From Trichoplax sp. H2 (taxonomy: Eukaryota): a stretch of DNA of 64,000 bases. Below, piece after piece: positions 13,701 through 26,098 of this stretch (positions are counted from its first letter, which is position 1; each line of letters begins with the position of its first letter). Location: positions 496,001 to 560,000 of the forward strand of contig NOWV01000003.1 in assembly GCA_003344405.1 (NCBI GenBank), in the 5' to 3' direction. Position numbers and translations under genes: made by a program. Under the pieces are notes generated by a model. That model was not told where the DNA came from. It was given only the letters and a program-made list of their open reading frames with translations, and made no database searches.

Positions 13701-15371
13701 ATTTAAGACAGATATTATTATAATAATCTTGTATATTCTAACCTAATTCGATACAAGTTATCCCAAGAGACCAGACGTCGGCCTATTTAATAAATTTAAG
13801 CTTGTAATTCAAAATTATATGATGGATATAAACCTGTACTAAATTTATAATATGGATGTAACAAAATCACCTTTCCATCATAAGGGCCTTCATCCATCGA
13901 AAGTATAACTTCAGGCGCCATCCTGGAATTGAATAGTGTGATGGAATTGTCTTAAAATGATGTAACGATCGCACTATACCTTAATATACTGTGTATGCTT
14001 TAACATAAACTATAAGACTTTTTCAGTAATTATGGCAGCATGATAAACCATCAGTATATTTTCCAGTATAACAAATATATACGAAACAAAAGTACATATC
14101 ACATGATAGGTATCTTACCAATAAGGCGATCCAACGAATGTTGTTGCAGGACATTTTAAAGAAGCTGACCCAAAGTCGCCTATATAGCATAACCGATAGA
14201 GACGTTAGATCTTTATTGATATGTTTATTACACCAGCGCATGAAAGATGTTTGCATCAGCCTTTACCTAGCTTTACTACTCCTTCGGATGTTAGTAATAC
14301 GTTACCAGCTGAAAAATGTAATAAAATCATTAGGATTCTGTCTTAGATTGAGCTTTTAGTCTTCTATATACCTTTTACGTCTCTATGTATTCTGTTCGTA
14401 CTGTGCAGATAACGCAAACCCTATGTGTATATATGATACATTGTTAAGATAGGACGCATACTGGAAGATAGTTATCCTTCTTAAATTGCTTACTTTCGGT
14501 TTTAAGATGTTAGATTATAGAAGGCTTACCTCTAATGTTCCTATGCAAATGGCTGCAACCTCATTCTCATGTAGTAAGTCTTTGTGGACTTTAATGGTAT
14601 AAAAATCAAGAAATTACAATTTTTAATACAATTTAAATTCCACGAAAATAATTGCGTTCTGAGTGCGTATGTCACAATACCTTCTACGATATCTGCGGCT
14701 GATCCTATGCAGTATTCCATTGAAAGCTAGATAAAGTAAGCAAGAATCGTTTAAGTTTGCCGATTGCAATAGTTCGTTTAGAGTACGGGTGTGTCTCAGA
14801 GCGTCATTGAATCATTCATGCCTCGAGATAGTGTATAATTTAATTAAGTTTAGGTGAGCTACAACAAAATTTTGTAACATACCCAAACGTAATCATCCAC
14901 TAAATAGCAACCATAATATTCAATAATATTCTTGTGACTACATGACCGTAGGAAGCTTATTTCTTTAATAATTTCTTGCCATTTCTACGAAGTCCGAATT
15001 AGTTGCTTTTAAATAAATAATATTACTGTATATTACCTAGGGCTCACATAATGATTCTTTCTTTACCTCTTCGGAATTTTTACCATTGAATGACATCTTT
15101 TTGATAGCCATGGCTTGGCTATTACTTTTATTACGTGCCTAATAGAAATATTTGATACTTTTATAATTTGCAACATTCAAATCAGATTTAACTTAAAATC
15201 TGTAGAAAACAAGTATTATATTAATTATAATTAGGTTGGCTTCCTTACAAAGTAGACAGCTCCGAAGCTGCCATGGCCAATTTCTCTTAAGATATTAAAT
15301 TTCTTATTTGGATTTTCATGCGAAAAATATTCACCTACATTAGGGTCATTCCAACCCGTTGTAGAAGGCAT
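10778..15371 (-). CDS. TAOK: TAO kinase (STE20/GCK-VIII family), kinase domain plus C-terminal coiled coils
   Basis: About 20 short GT-AG exons give [101 protein letters not shown], then RFATIRP and coiled-coil exons. ATG at 15371, stop at 10778. Confidence 0.95.
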
Positions 15372-15835
15372 TCTATGAAATGAGAAGGAGTGGGTACGTT
15401 CGCTTAGAGTCAAGATCAGGATTTATATCACGTAATCGTGAAGAAGAGCTTTTATGTCTTTACTAATTTCCTGTAGGTTAACGTAGTGAAACGTATACAT
15501 AACTAAATCTTCTTTAGCTGTAGCTAACAGCCTCAAATTGTTTTAAATTTAGTATATACTCGTATGGCAATAGTTCTATCGGTACTGTAATGCTGCGCTT
15601 CGTTTTGGAAAGATTAAAATTAATTAATCAGGGTTATGGCCGCACCTCCAACAGATGTGTTTATTGAATAATGTAGAATAAGAGGAGTCACTAGGCTAGT
15701 GTTCTGTACGTGTTCGTACGTTTAGTTCAGAGTACTGAACTTCTTGCAAGACTCACTCACTTTAGTTTAATTTCGAGGATGAGGTTTTATACATATACAA
15801 GAGTTAAGCTAACTATAGAAGTCTTTCAGGTTCTC

Positions 15836-16130
15836 CACTGTACACTGTCGACGACTACTACAGTAGATTTCTTTTAGTAGTCCATGACACTGTAAACGAT
15901 GCAGCACAGCATAAATAGTACAGAAATTTGTAGTTTGATAAGGGTTGTCGAATCATCTCACTGTACTGTACAGTCATGGACTAGTACTGTACGATGGTGT
16001 ACTGTAGGTACTGTAGTGTACAATGTACACTGTACAGTACAGTATACGGTATGCAGTACGGTAGTAGTGTTTTTTCGTTTAGTTGTCCTACTACTGTACT
16101 GTACACTAGTGCTCGTATAAATATAGTACA
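15836..16130. repeat. (GTACW)n tract upstream of TAOK
   Basis: Dense GTAC/TACAG/CTGTA units about 470-760 bp 5' of the TAOK ATG. Confidence 0.85.
15849..15886. mobile_element. 38-bp CATGGAC-family palindromic mini-element
   Basis: cgacGACTACTA...TAGTAGTCCATG flanked on both sides by ACACTGT (15842-15848 and 15887-15893). Confidence 0.55.
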
Positions 16131-17371
16131 AATATTATAATAATAATAATAATATATAATTAATTAATTAATTTGTATACTGTATTATTATTATTACACT
16201 ACCTGAAATTGGCAAATATAACAGAGCACATTAAACATACTGTACCTAGACCAGAACGGCATACATAGTCGTTAAATCGATTTCTCTTCTGTGCTGTACT
16301 TATCATGAATAAAAATTCTTATGGCTTTCACTATCGGATCTACTCTAAATGCTGAAGATGCAGATCAGAGCTTATGGTACGGTAGTTCTTTCGTGGATGT
16401 AATGCTTTACTTAAGGGATGGTTAGTTACTATAAAAATTTATCATCAAATGCTATTTCTGATATCTTGACGAGCATGGTAACGGGTAAAAGCTTTTTTAC
16501 TCATGGGTAAGAACGTGGCGATAGCTAAGATCATCATAAATAAGTTTATAGTATTGAAACAAATTTAAACTCTATCAAAATTACTTTAATTCACAGTTAC
16601 TCAACTTTCATGTACATACGAGTATTTACCTACGAATAACAAACGAGTACACCATTAATATGACTGGAAACTACCATATTAACGGCTGTTGGGTCTCCAA
16701 GAACTAACGCCCAACAGACTGTCATGACTGCGACAAAATATGATTCTCGCTAACAATTATCAGTGATATATAGGTATATAGCCTAGCCTGAATTTTACTT
16801 ACTATAATCCCTTCAAATTTGCAGTATACATACAGTGTGAATTAACCCATTTATGTGATACTTGGTCTGGGCATCAGATGATTCCCTAATCCCAAACTTT
16901 AAGTTTACGTTGGACCTATATTTAGAGATTATTTTTGGTGTAGAGTATACTCATATAGATAGATCTTTACAGTATGATCCGATCTTTATTCATGTTATTT
17001 AAATTTTACAGTGGTGCATAATCATTCATACACCCGGGCCAATCTCAACTAATGTGATACAATCCATCAAATATAACAAACATCAGTATTCAAAATTATA
17101 GAAGCACTCTACAGTACTGTACTGTATTGATCAAATATCCTTCTCACATTTACTACTCAGTTTTCAGGAGTAAGAACTAATTCATAATAATTTTAAAATT
17201 CTTTACATACTCATTATGCGATGATCCTGTTGCAATGTTATTTACCTGGAATTTCTATCTTTTCCACAATCTGTAATATAATTCCATTCCTTAATAAAAA
17301 CTCTGGTGCCAGAGAAAGGCTCTACGATTACAAACGATGACAACCAAGTGAATGCCGTCTAGTCGATGCAA

Positions 17372-17815
17372 ATACTGTACTGCACATACCGTACAGGCGT
17401 GCACTAGAGACCCTCTATAGGGTCTCTAGCGTGCACTGTACAGTGTACAGTATCAGAAGTACGGGACCGTACAGTACAGTACAGTACATGTCTGTCAGTA
17501 ACACTGTACTGTATCAACCATACTGTTCAGTACAGTACATTAAGAAATAAAATATACAGTACTGTACTGTACATGTACCGTACTGTATATGACGTACTGT
17601 ACAGTACATGTACACTGTTACTGTACTATTACCTTCATGAAAACGGATGGGCGGACACTCATCTTGAAAATGATTACAGTAGTCCTGTACAGTGTACAGT
17701 ACAGCACTTTTTTAGTGAGTCCACATCTGCTCAGTTCTGTTCTGGCCACCGTACAGTACTGTACAGTACTGTATTCTTTTACTGTTAAAAATTCTTTTAC
17801 AGTACTGTACTGTAC
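17372..17815. repeat. (GTACW)n tract in the TAOK/FAM216-like divergent spacer
   Basis: Dense cagtacagtac/tactgtactgtac units. Confidence 0.9.
17404..17429. mobile_element. 26-bp perfect hairpin flanked by a direct repeat
   Basis: CGTGCA|CTAGAGACCCT ctat AGGGTCTCTAG|CGTGCA: 11-bp perfect inverted repeat with a 6-bp flanking duplication. Confidence 0.6.
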
Positions 17816-19870
17816 ATTTCCATTATATCCGAACACGGACAGGAACTCCCTGGACGGTTGGACATTTCATCTTCATATCGTCTCAAAACTGTTCCAAACA
17901 CTCCTATTCGTTATAACTTCAGTATGCAAATTAGCAGATGTTACATTGCGAAATTGGTTCATTTTCCTAAATTATTTACAGTTTAACAGTAAAACTGGAG
18001 TAATATTCTAGTTTCCTTAGTTCTACTTTTCGGCAGTTATACAACGTCATAAGTGTTTTTGAATTACTAGTGATGGTTAAGAAAACATGCCCAGAAGATC
18101 AGTACTAAGTCAGTACTTTTCGACATTTTTAGACGATTTAGACTTAACGTTCGTCCACCCGAGACCTATTCAGCTCATGTTACGGCGGACATCTAGTATT
18201 CTTTCCCCACCCCCCCCGTACCTACGCGTAAAAGTAAAGAAGGAATTTTTTTGCACTACAGTATACCTATTTTCTGTTGGGGCCTACCAACTGTATAATT
18301 TTTTTCATAGTCTGCTCATGATAGTAGTTATTATTTAGCTACTGGGAAAGAACCAATAACATTTAACATTGAACGATGTCTTATAGCGATTTACTCGTAT
18401 ACGAGTAAATCGAAATATTTTTGAATTCTCTTTTGGGCTAAATTGATGCCCCTAAACGTATTAAATACGTGTTCATATTTTCATTTGTGAACCTGAAACA
18501 GTGACGACTTGTATGTATTTTTACTGTACTATAAAATATTTTTTTAGCACCGAAGTATTCTGACTAGTTAACACAGCGATTTTAATACTTATCGCAATAT
18601 TTTACTGTAGCGTCATTTGGGTGTATGTGTAGTACAGCTTACTATGTTGTTATTACTGGAAAAACTAAAATCACCTTTTTAGTTTTATTTTATTTACCAT
18701 ATTTAAAACTGAATTTTTAAGACCAGCCAATTCACTATTTCCGATGAAAAACTCTACAGACCGTACAGACACCAGCACGTTAACTATAAACACGTTTCTG
18801 TAGCTCCATGGAAACTGCGAGTTACGACTATTATGACTATACAATACGCATTGTTTTCAAGTACTGTAAACATTGCGGGTTTAGCACTTATTGTCATAAT
18901 TTACAGTTGATACGATTGCAATTAATTATCGATCGATCGCTAATATCCGGTTATAGATATAGTGATAGTACTTGTATATTAATATTTCACGAGCTGCATC
19001 GCATATCTTCTGCAGAGTATAGTATAGCATAATAAAATCATAGTAAATATCGTACTAATTAATACCTATAATCTATGAAGTCGCATTATATTATTATGTA
19101 CATGTTATTGATAATGAGTTATACCTCGAGATTTATGGCATGATACATTAAGAATATGAACTATTCGTATTTCGATTAACGGTATACAATAGAATGCTTA
19201 ATGCAGTACTGTAGTTACTATTGCTACGGTATAATGCACTCAGCAACTCAACAATGAACACAAGTTTGCTAAAACGTACTTAAAAATAAGACTTTACTAT
19301 ACGAACACTAGCATACAGTACGGTATACACTGTACACAGCTATATTCACGTTATAGTTGCAAGATCGTAAGTTCGTAACTAAGGTCAATAAATAATTAGG
19401 CCACCAACGCCTGACGTACAGCATGTACACGCAGCATACAGTACATAATGTTTATACACGAACAATAGTCAGTAACACTGTATATATACAAAGCCGAGTC
19501 GCAACCTGATAATAATTATCCTGTAATTTAATGATGGCCGCTTGATGTGTTATATGAAGATTTTAGATATACGAGTATCTGCACTATATTTTGTGATTAA
19601 CTAAGCGAATGCATCTTACCAGTGTTCCTACCTTCAATAAAAACACGTGAATAGGTACGAGAAATAAAATTAAGTCCTTTAGAACTTGTAGCTTTATTTT
19701 AAAAGGTCTTCTTATTTAGAAGTAAAACAGATTTATAGCTTCTAAGTATCATTTAATGAATAGTGAAGAAATATTATTAACAATCTTCTATCCGTCTTAT
19801 TTTTTGCTATTCTTTATATCGTACAGTAACTCATTTTCTGCGTATTGGAAGGAAAAAAGCCTACATTGAT

Positions 19871-22800
19871 ATGCCAGCATCAAGATTTAGCGATGAGGTA
19901 AGGCAGCTAAGACGTATTTGTACGTAAGTATCAGCGGCAAACTTAAGCTAGTGATGAGTTGCATTTGCGACTACGCGATATGGTTAGTTATTATCTCGCC
20001 TAAGTTCTCCGTAGTGCATGCTATAACGTAAGCTTCTGTAAAAGGAACTCTAGCAGGACAATACTACGATGCAGTCAAAATTATAGTCAAAGTAATAGCT
20101 GGAGCCAATCAGTCGATTTTAAAGTTGTGCAAGTAAAAGAGTGGGAGTATCATTATCTGTGACAAGACTTTCAGAAATAGTAACTTTACTAAATTTTGCT
20201 ATTTTTACCTAATACGTGCTTAAAATAATACTTGTTGAAGTGTTTGCACGTACAGTACATACGATTAACTTGGAATCGCTATCAGATTGAGCCCTTGAGC
20301 CATGCGTGTACTCCGATTTAACACAACACTAGTATAATTGTAATTCTCCAACTATAATTAACTGATTCGAAAAACTGATTTTTTCGGGAACCAATATTTA
20401 CGATATACAGAAACCTTATTTAGATGATTATAAAAATAGTATTTGCAATGGTAATTGGAATGCAATTTCATGAATTACTCCTTTGGATAGCTACCTTTTT
20501 CTATAATTAGATAATTTAGTTCTCTATATTAATACAAAGAGAACTCTTATATCTAGTCCATTATGATTTCTATTGCGACAGTAGATCACTCACGCTAGAC
20601 ATTATCTTATCAGTCAGCTATGCGGTTTACCTACCCTAATTGCTACATGTTATAAGTCTCATAAATAACGTAATTATTTATTGCGATATGAATAAGTTAA
20701 AAGTTGATGATTTCAAGAGATTCTTAACAATACTGCAAGATGTTTCAGGTAGCTTTTTAGACTCATTTTAGAGAGACAGTATGACTACTAGTACATTAGG
20801 AGCTACCAATATGGGTTATAACAGAGATTATATAAGTAATAATATCCCTGAAATCAGAAACACAACTCAATCAACTGTAATGAAATCTGTGTTTTTCAGA
20901 AATAAATTTAAATAATTATTGCTTTAATTTTAAATTTCTCGCAATGAATATCTATGTGTAATCGTAATACTGTACCACCTAGATCGACTTAACTGGACAC
21001 ATTGCAACAGTTGTCGGAATGATCAGTTGTATGACAGTAACGAATTTGTGATTACTGTGTATTGCTCGATAAATACACAATTATGATCTGCCCGATGGAT
21101 CAAATTAATTAATCATAAGAATCAATTTTCAAATGCGGATAAAAAATTTTGATAGCTTTCCATACTTGCAAATATTTTCTTAAGTAGTTACAATATTCAA
21201 ACCACTAAGTATCTGTACTCATCCAGCAACGTGGGGTATATCATGCTGTGTCTCGATGTATTGTCATTATTAATAATTGTAGGGTAGGCTGTTTCTATCG
21301 CCCCTGACTGGTAGCTTTTTCTATAATCAAATCCGTCATAACTACTATTGAATTAGACATCACGTAAACAGTATCATGGTAACCTACGATCGAGCTATTC
21401 ACATACATCTGTTTCTGGCTTAAGAGATACACGTTCAAATTTAATTTCCTATTTCTTTCCTGACTATTCTGTGAGTACTGATATTAACTGAAATAGTTCT
21501 GTCTCTAAGTTGAAAAATTCGATGATGATTCTTACGTAAAAACTTTACTAATTATTTGCTTTACAATTATCATCTTGATTTGTATTTGTTTTATATGGCA
21601 AAATTTGTCTCGTGACAATATCCGTAAAAGATAAAAAATCTTCAAATATTAATCAGGACATCATTATTAATGAAATAAGTCTTAGATGTCACGCCGTATT
21701 TAAAAATCTAATAGTTATGAATCAAGCTTAATTCTGATAAAGTTCGGCTGAATTTATTTATACTCATAACGGCGAATGCTTATGCGGGATCATGCAAGAG
21801 TACTACTAATAACACGACGGCACTATAATTTTTTTATCAGCAGTCCTTTAAATTATGATTTACTAACACTATTATGATGTACGTATACAGAATAGTTTCG
21901 GCGTAAATTTTCTACAACGTCGCTAAAAGTTAATCTCTTATAACAGTTAATTCCTTATTACTGAATTGGTAATTCACTATAATACAGTAGGCAACGTAGT
22001 ACTGTATCGTGATTAAATAAATATAGTATATGATAACCTGTTTTGTAGTGCAATTTTGTTTTAACTTGAACCATAATATCTAACAGACAAACATGATGCT
22101 GAACGCTATCTTGCATACGAGTCGCGTGGTGATGCAACACAAGTTAACTCAGTATGCGCATAAATTATAATACGCAGTTTATTATTTTCGCAATATTAAC
22201 TTTTTCAGGTGTAGAACTATGTATTAGATGAAAAGACGGCACTGAATTATTATGAATAATACTGTACAACCAAATTGAAAAATTTTCTTATTGAATCTAT
22301 GTTGTAATTAGAGGGAAAATTTGCGTACTGAGAGAACTTCACCTAGGGATACCGTGAAGAAGAATAAACCTGTCAATTTAACTTTCGATCCTTGTAAGTA
22401 GATTTTATTGTCTCTATTTGTAATCCAAGGATCCTTAGAGCTATCTTGGATCTTGTAAACATATTAAAGGTCTAAGGTCTCTACAATACCGTTAACTTTA
22501 TTGATACGTAGTTACAAAATCAACTGAAGATTTACATATTAATCCGAAGACTCCAGAAGTGAAGCCAATCGATTATCAAGAAATGGAGTCCGCTCCAACG
22601 ATCAACGGTAAAACCATTCAGTTCAGTCTGCCTAAGAATATTGCTAATGAAAGATACAGCTTTCTCTATCACCCACAACTATCTTCCAGCCAACGTTATA
22701 AATTATGGAGTATTGCTACAATGTATAATGTTCAGCCTCTTCGTGATACGAAACGAAAATTATATGAACAGCAAAAAAACCTATCACTTAAAGAGATTGA

Positions 22801-24010
22801 AATAAAGAAGAAGATGTTACTTCAGATTGAAGAAAGGCAGGGAGTACATAAATCAACTTCTACTATACCCAGCAGGATTGTATCAGCACAAGTTACAGGC
22901 CATAGAAGAGCCGAAACGTTACCTAAACCTAGGAGACCGCATACAAGTCCGCCACGAACTTCGACTTCTCGTCAGCAAGATAGTATGAAAAAATTTATGC
23001 AGCGTCTAAATTCTGCAAGATCGAATGAATTTAGACAAAATATTGCCGCAGCGGCTAAAGAGACAAACAGGAGAGAATTACCAGATATCAATGATAGCGG
23101 TTCTATGCTTTCTGCTCGCAATCGCAGTGACATCACTTTATCTCAGCGAAGTCGTGCAAACTCGTATAGGAATCGAAATGGATCATACATGCAGAGAGAC
23201 AGATCCGCTTCGCAGAGAAATCGATCGAAACAGGCTGACGACTCTACTAAAAAATCAGAAAATAATGAAGACACAATATCACAAAATCTTGACGTTTTAG
23301 CCGAATATCGTGCACCAGATGCTCCATGGGCGTCTGCCGATACCGTCAGTATTGCGGAAAGTATGTCATTAGGAGGAGATAGAGTTTTATCTCATTTTGC
23401 TGATACATTGTCTTTGGGCGGTGATCGTGTTATTGGTAATCAGGACAGCATATCCCTGACAGGAGATTTACCTACCGGCAGAGGAATGCATAGCGAAACT
23501 GTAAGCAGAGACCAAGAAACTGATGTAACTGCTGCTGGTCACTCAACTTCGGTCGAAAACAGAGTAGATAAGGAAGGTGACGATATTAGTATTGGTACGC
23601 CTAGTATTTCGGAAGGTATGCTAGAAGAACCTAAAAAAGTAACTCTTGGATTCACAACGGAAGAAGAGACGATTCTTGAAGAAGGTGCTACTGATTTCGA
23701 TGTAGTTCGAAAACGACGTGCGCAGACTACGATCGAGAATTCTATTCGTAGAGCTGATTCAAATGCTAGCATGTCTGGTCGAGCAAAGAGCGGCTCGTTT
23801 TCCACTAGTATAAAAAATTCTCAAAGTAGCACAAGTATATCTAGCGATGATTCTTTTCATAAAGCTTTAAGAGCATCATCAGAAGATCCTGGCGATACTT
23901 TTTTTACAAATCGCCAAGATGCTAGAGCTGGTGATGGCTTTTGGGGTAGAATGGCTCAGGAAAAGAAAGACACACTTAGTGTCTTCGGTAACTCAGAAAC
24001 ATTAACGTAA
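19871..24010 (+). CDS. FAM216-like protein with a long Ser/Arg-rich disordered C-terminus
   Basis: Exons 19871-19897 (MPASRFSDE|GTAAGG), 22312-22393 and 22512-24010 join in frame. The segment FSLPKNIANERYSFLYHPQLSSSQRYKLWSIATMYNVQPLR resembles the FAM216 core as recalled (PKSM...FFKHPDLTTGQKRYLCSIAKIYN). The first exon is less certain. Confidence 0.7.
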
Positions 24011-26098
24011 TTTTCGACTCGATAATAAATCATACAATGTCATATTAGTAATTGTAATCAGTGTCAGTCATCTTAAGATAGAACTATGAGTTCTTATAGG
24101 GCTGCATATTGCAGTAGCAAATCTTTATAGGTATACCCTGGATCTGATATTGTATTTGTAATTTTATTAGTAATACATACACATTCTATACGTAAAGAAC
24201 CTGACTAAAAATAGTAAATTTTACATCATGAATCAGTTACTAGATTTTGAAGTCGATACCAGGAACGTAGCGTGTACAATATACCATTTATCTAATATTT
24301 TATTTTCTCTAAAACTGTTAATAACGGTAACTCGAATTAAATTAGCTACCTAGTTTCATTTCTGACCGTTTATCGAACTACTATATATATATTGTACAAT
24401 GGAGTACAAAGTAGTGGTAAAGCTTCGTAATATGTTCTACTAGCTAATTAAAAGAATTATAATTAATAAGGAAATCTTACTTTTATTTGATCTATGAGAA
24501 TCAAAATAACCTGTCTGTTCATTCGTTATTTGCCTAAAAATTTTCATTCTGTAGAAACTAATAATTTTTATTAATTTAGTGAATAAATTACGATTACCGT
24601 ATTTGGAATTAGCAAAGGAAACTTACTGAATGTTTGCTTATAGACAGACGTGATTGAAAGTGTTGCATTTATGCATTTTATAACATTTTAACCGGCAAGG
24701 GGCGCGCTACGCTTCTATTAAGTATCTGAATACAAAACAATACAAATGCATTTCTTTAAATGGTGTTAATTTATATCTAAATTATGTAATAGTAGTACCT
24801 TCGTCTCCAAATAGAATAGATATATCTAGTAAGGGCCATACGGTGTACTTGTACGTTTACATATAAATAGCAGTAAATATTCGATTGCATGCAGTTATTA
24901 TAACAGTTGCTGTATAGCAGATTAGTAGCCATTTTGCATTTGTAGACTACAATTAATGTTAGATGCTAAAATTTGCCCTATTTCGTAAAATTTTTGAAAA
25001 CATAACCAGTCGTGTTTATATTGAGTATGCATTAATTTTATGCTTCAGCGAATTATAAATGCATGATATAACGAGGTCGCTGTTTGGGGGCTTTATGAAG
25101 CAATATCCAAAATTATCAGAGCAGTGTTCTGAACCTAAACCTACAGTGGTAAGTTTACATTATAAGTACATATATGGAGAAATAGGGGGTTACTGAAAGT
25201 TTAGTATAAATTAATTATAATTCAGTCCCTTGATTATAATTACTACATATTGCACAATGCACAGATACATTAAATCGTAGCAGCTATTGCTATGGAATTA
25301 ACGAACCAAAATCTATCGAAACTAAAAACTAAAATTAATGAAAATTGAAGAAAGTCAGGCATACATGGTCGTGGTACAGCTTAAGATCATAGCTATTATT
25401 ATAATAAATAATTAATCGCATACCAATGGCAACGATCGCTAACAAATCAGCTATTCATAGCCTTAAAATCAGCAAATATTTTAAAATTTTTGAAGCGAAA
25501 GAGTAGATTTCCTTTTCACTTGAAATTTGCGAACAAAAGCAAGTACTGCGTATTTGGGCTCAAACGAGGTAATCAGCAATCTCTAAATTAACATTTGTCT
25601 TTTATTTTGCAACAAATACCTAGCTAAACGTAAAATATAATTAAAATTTACAACACATTATTTAGATAAATCATATAGTAACATTGAATTTATATCTTAC
25701 GTACGACACTATGATCACTTGTAAGATCCTATCAAACAGAAGTACTAATTACTATACAATTACTGTGTTTCATGACTAAATAGTAGCTTGACAAGTTAAA
25801 TCGTAAGTTTTGAAGTTAACACAGGGTAATTCGATGTAAACATAGGTCAGCACAATTACATCTTGATGTTGTTACGCAAAAAGTTATCAAATAAATCATT
25901 ACATTGATCCATGCCTAATGTATAAAATAGTCAAAGCACGGTAAAACCATCTATATTATATCACTTAGTAAAAAATTTTAATCATAATTACAACTTTGTA
26001 TACAATAAAGTCTAGGTGTAGTTGTTGATAATATTACCACTGGTTTAATACTTCAAGATTTTGCATTATAGGCTTAACACTTCAAAGTATAAATTTAA

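Noticed and set aside
25048..25373. Exon-like blocks with a strong GTAAGT donor between FAM216-like and VPS29
   Set aside because: Phases do not join without stops and no family is recognisable; at most a decayed fragment.
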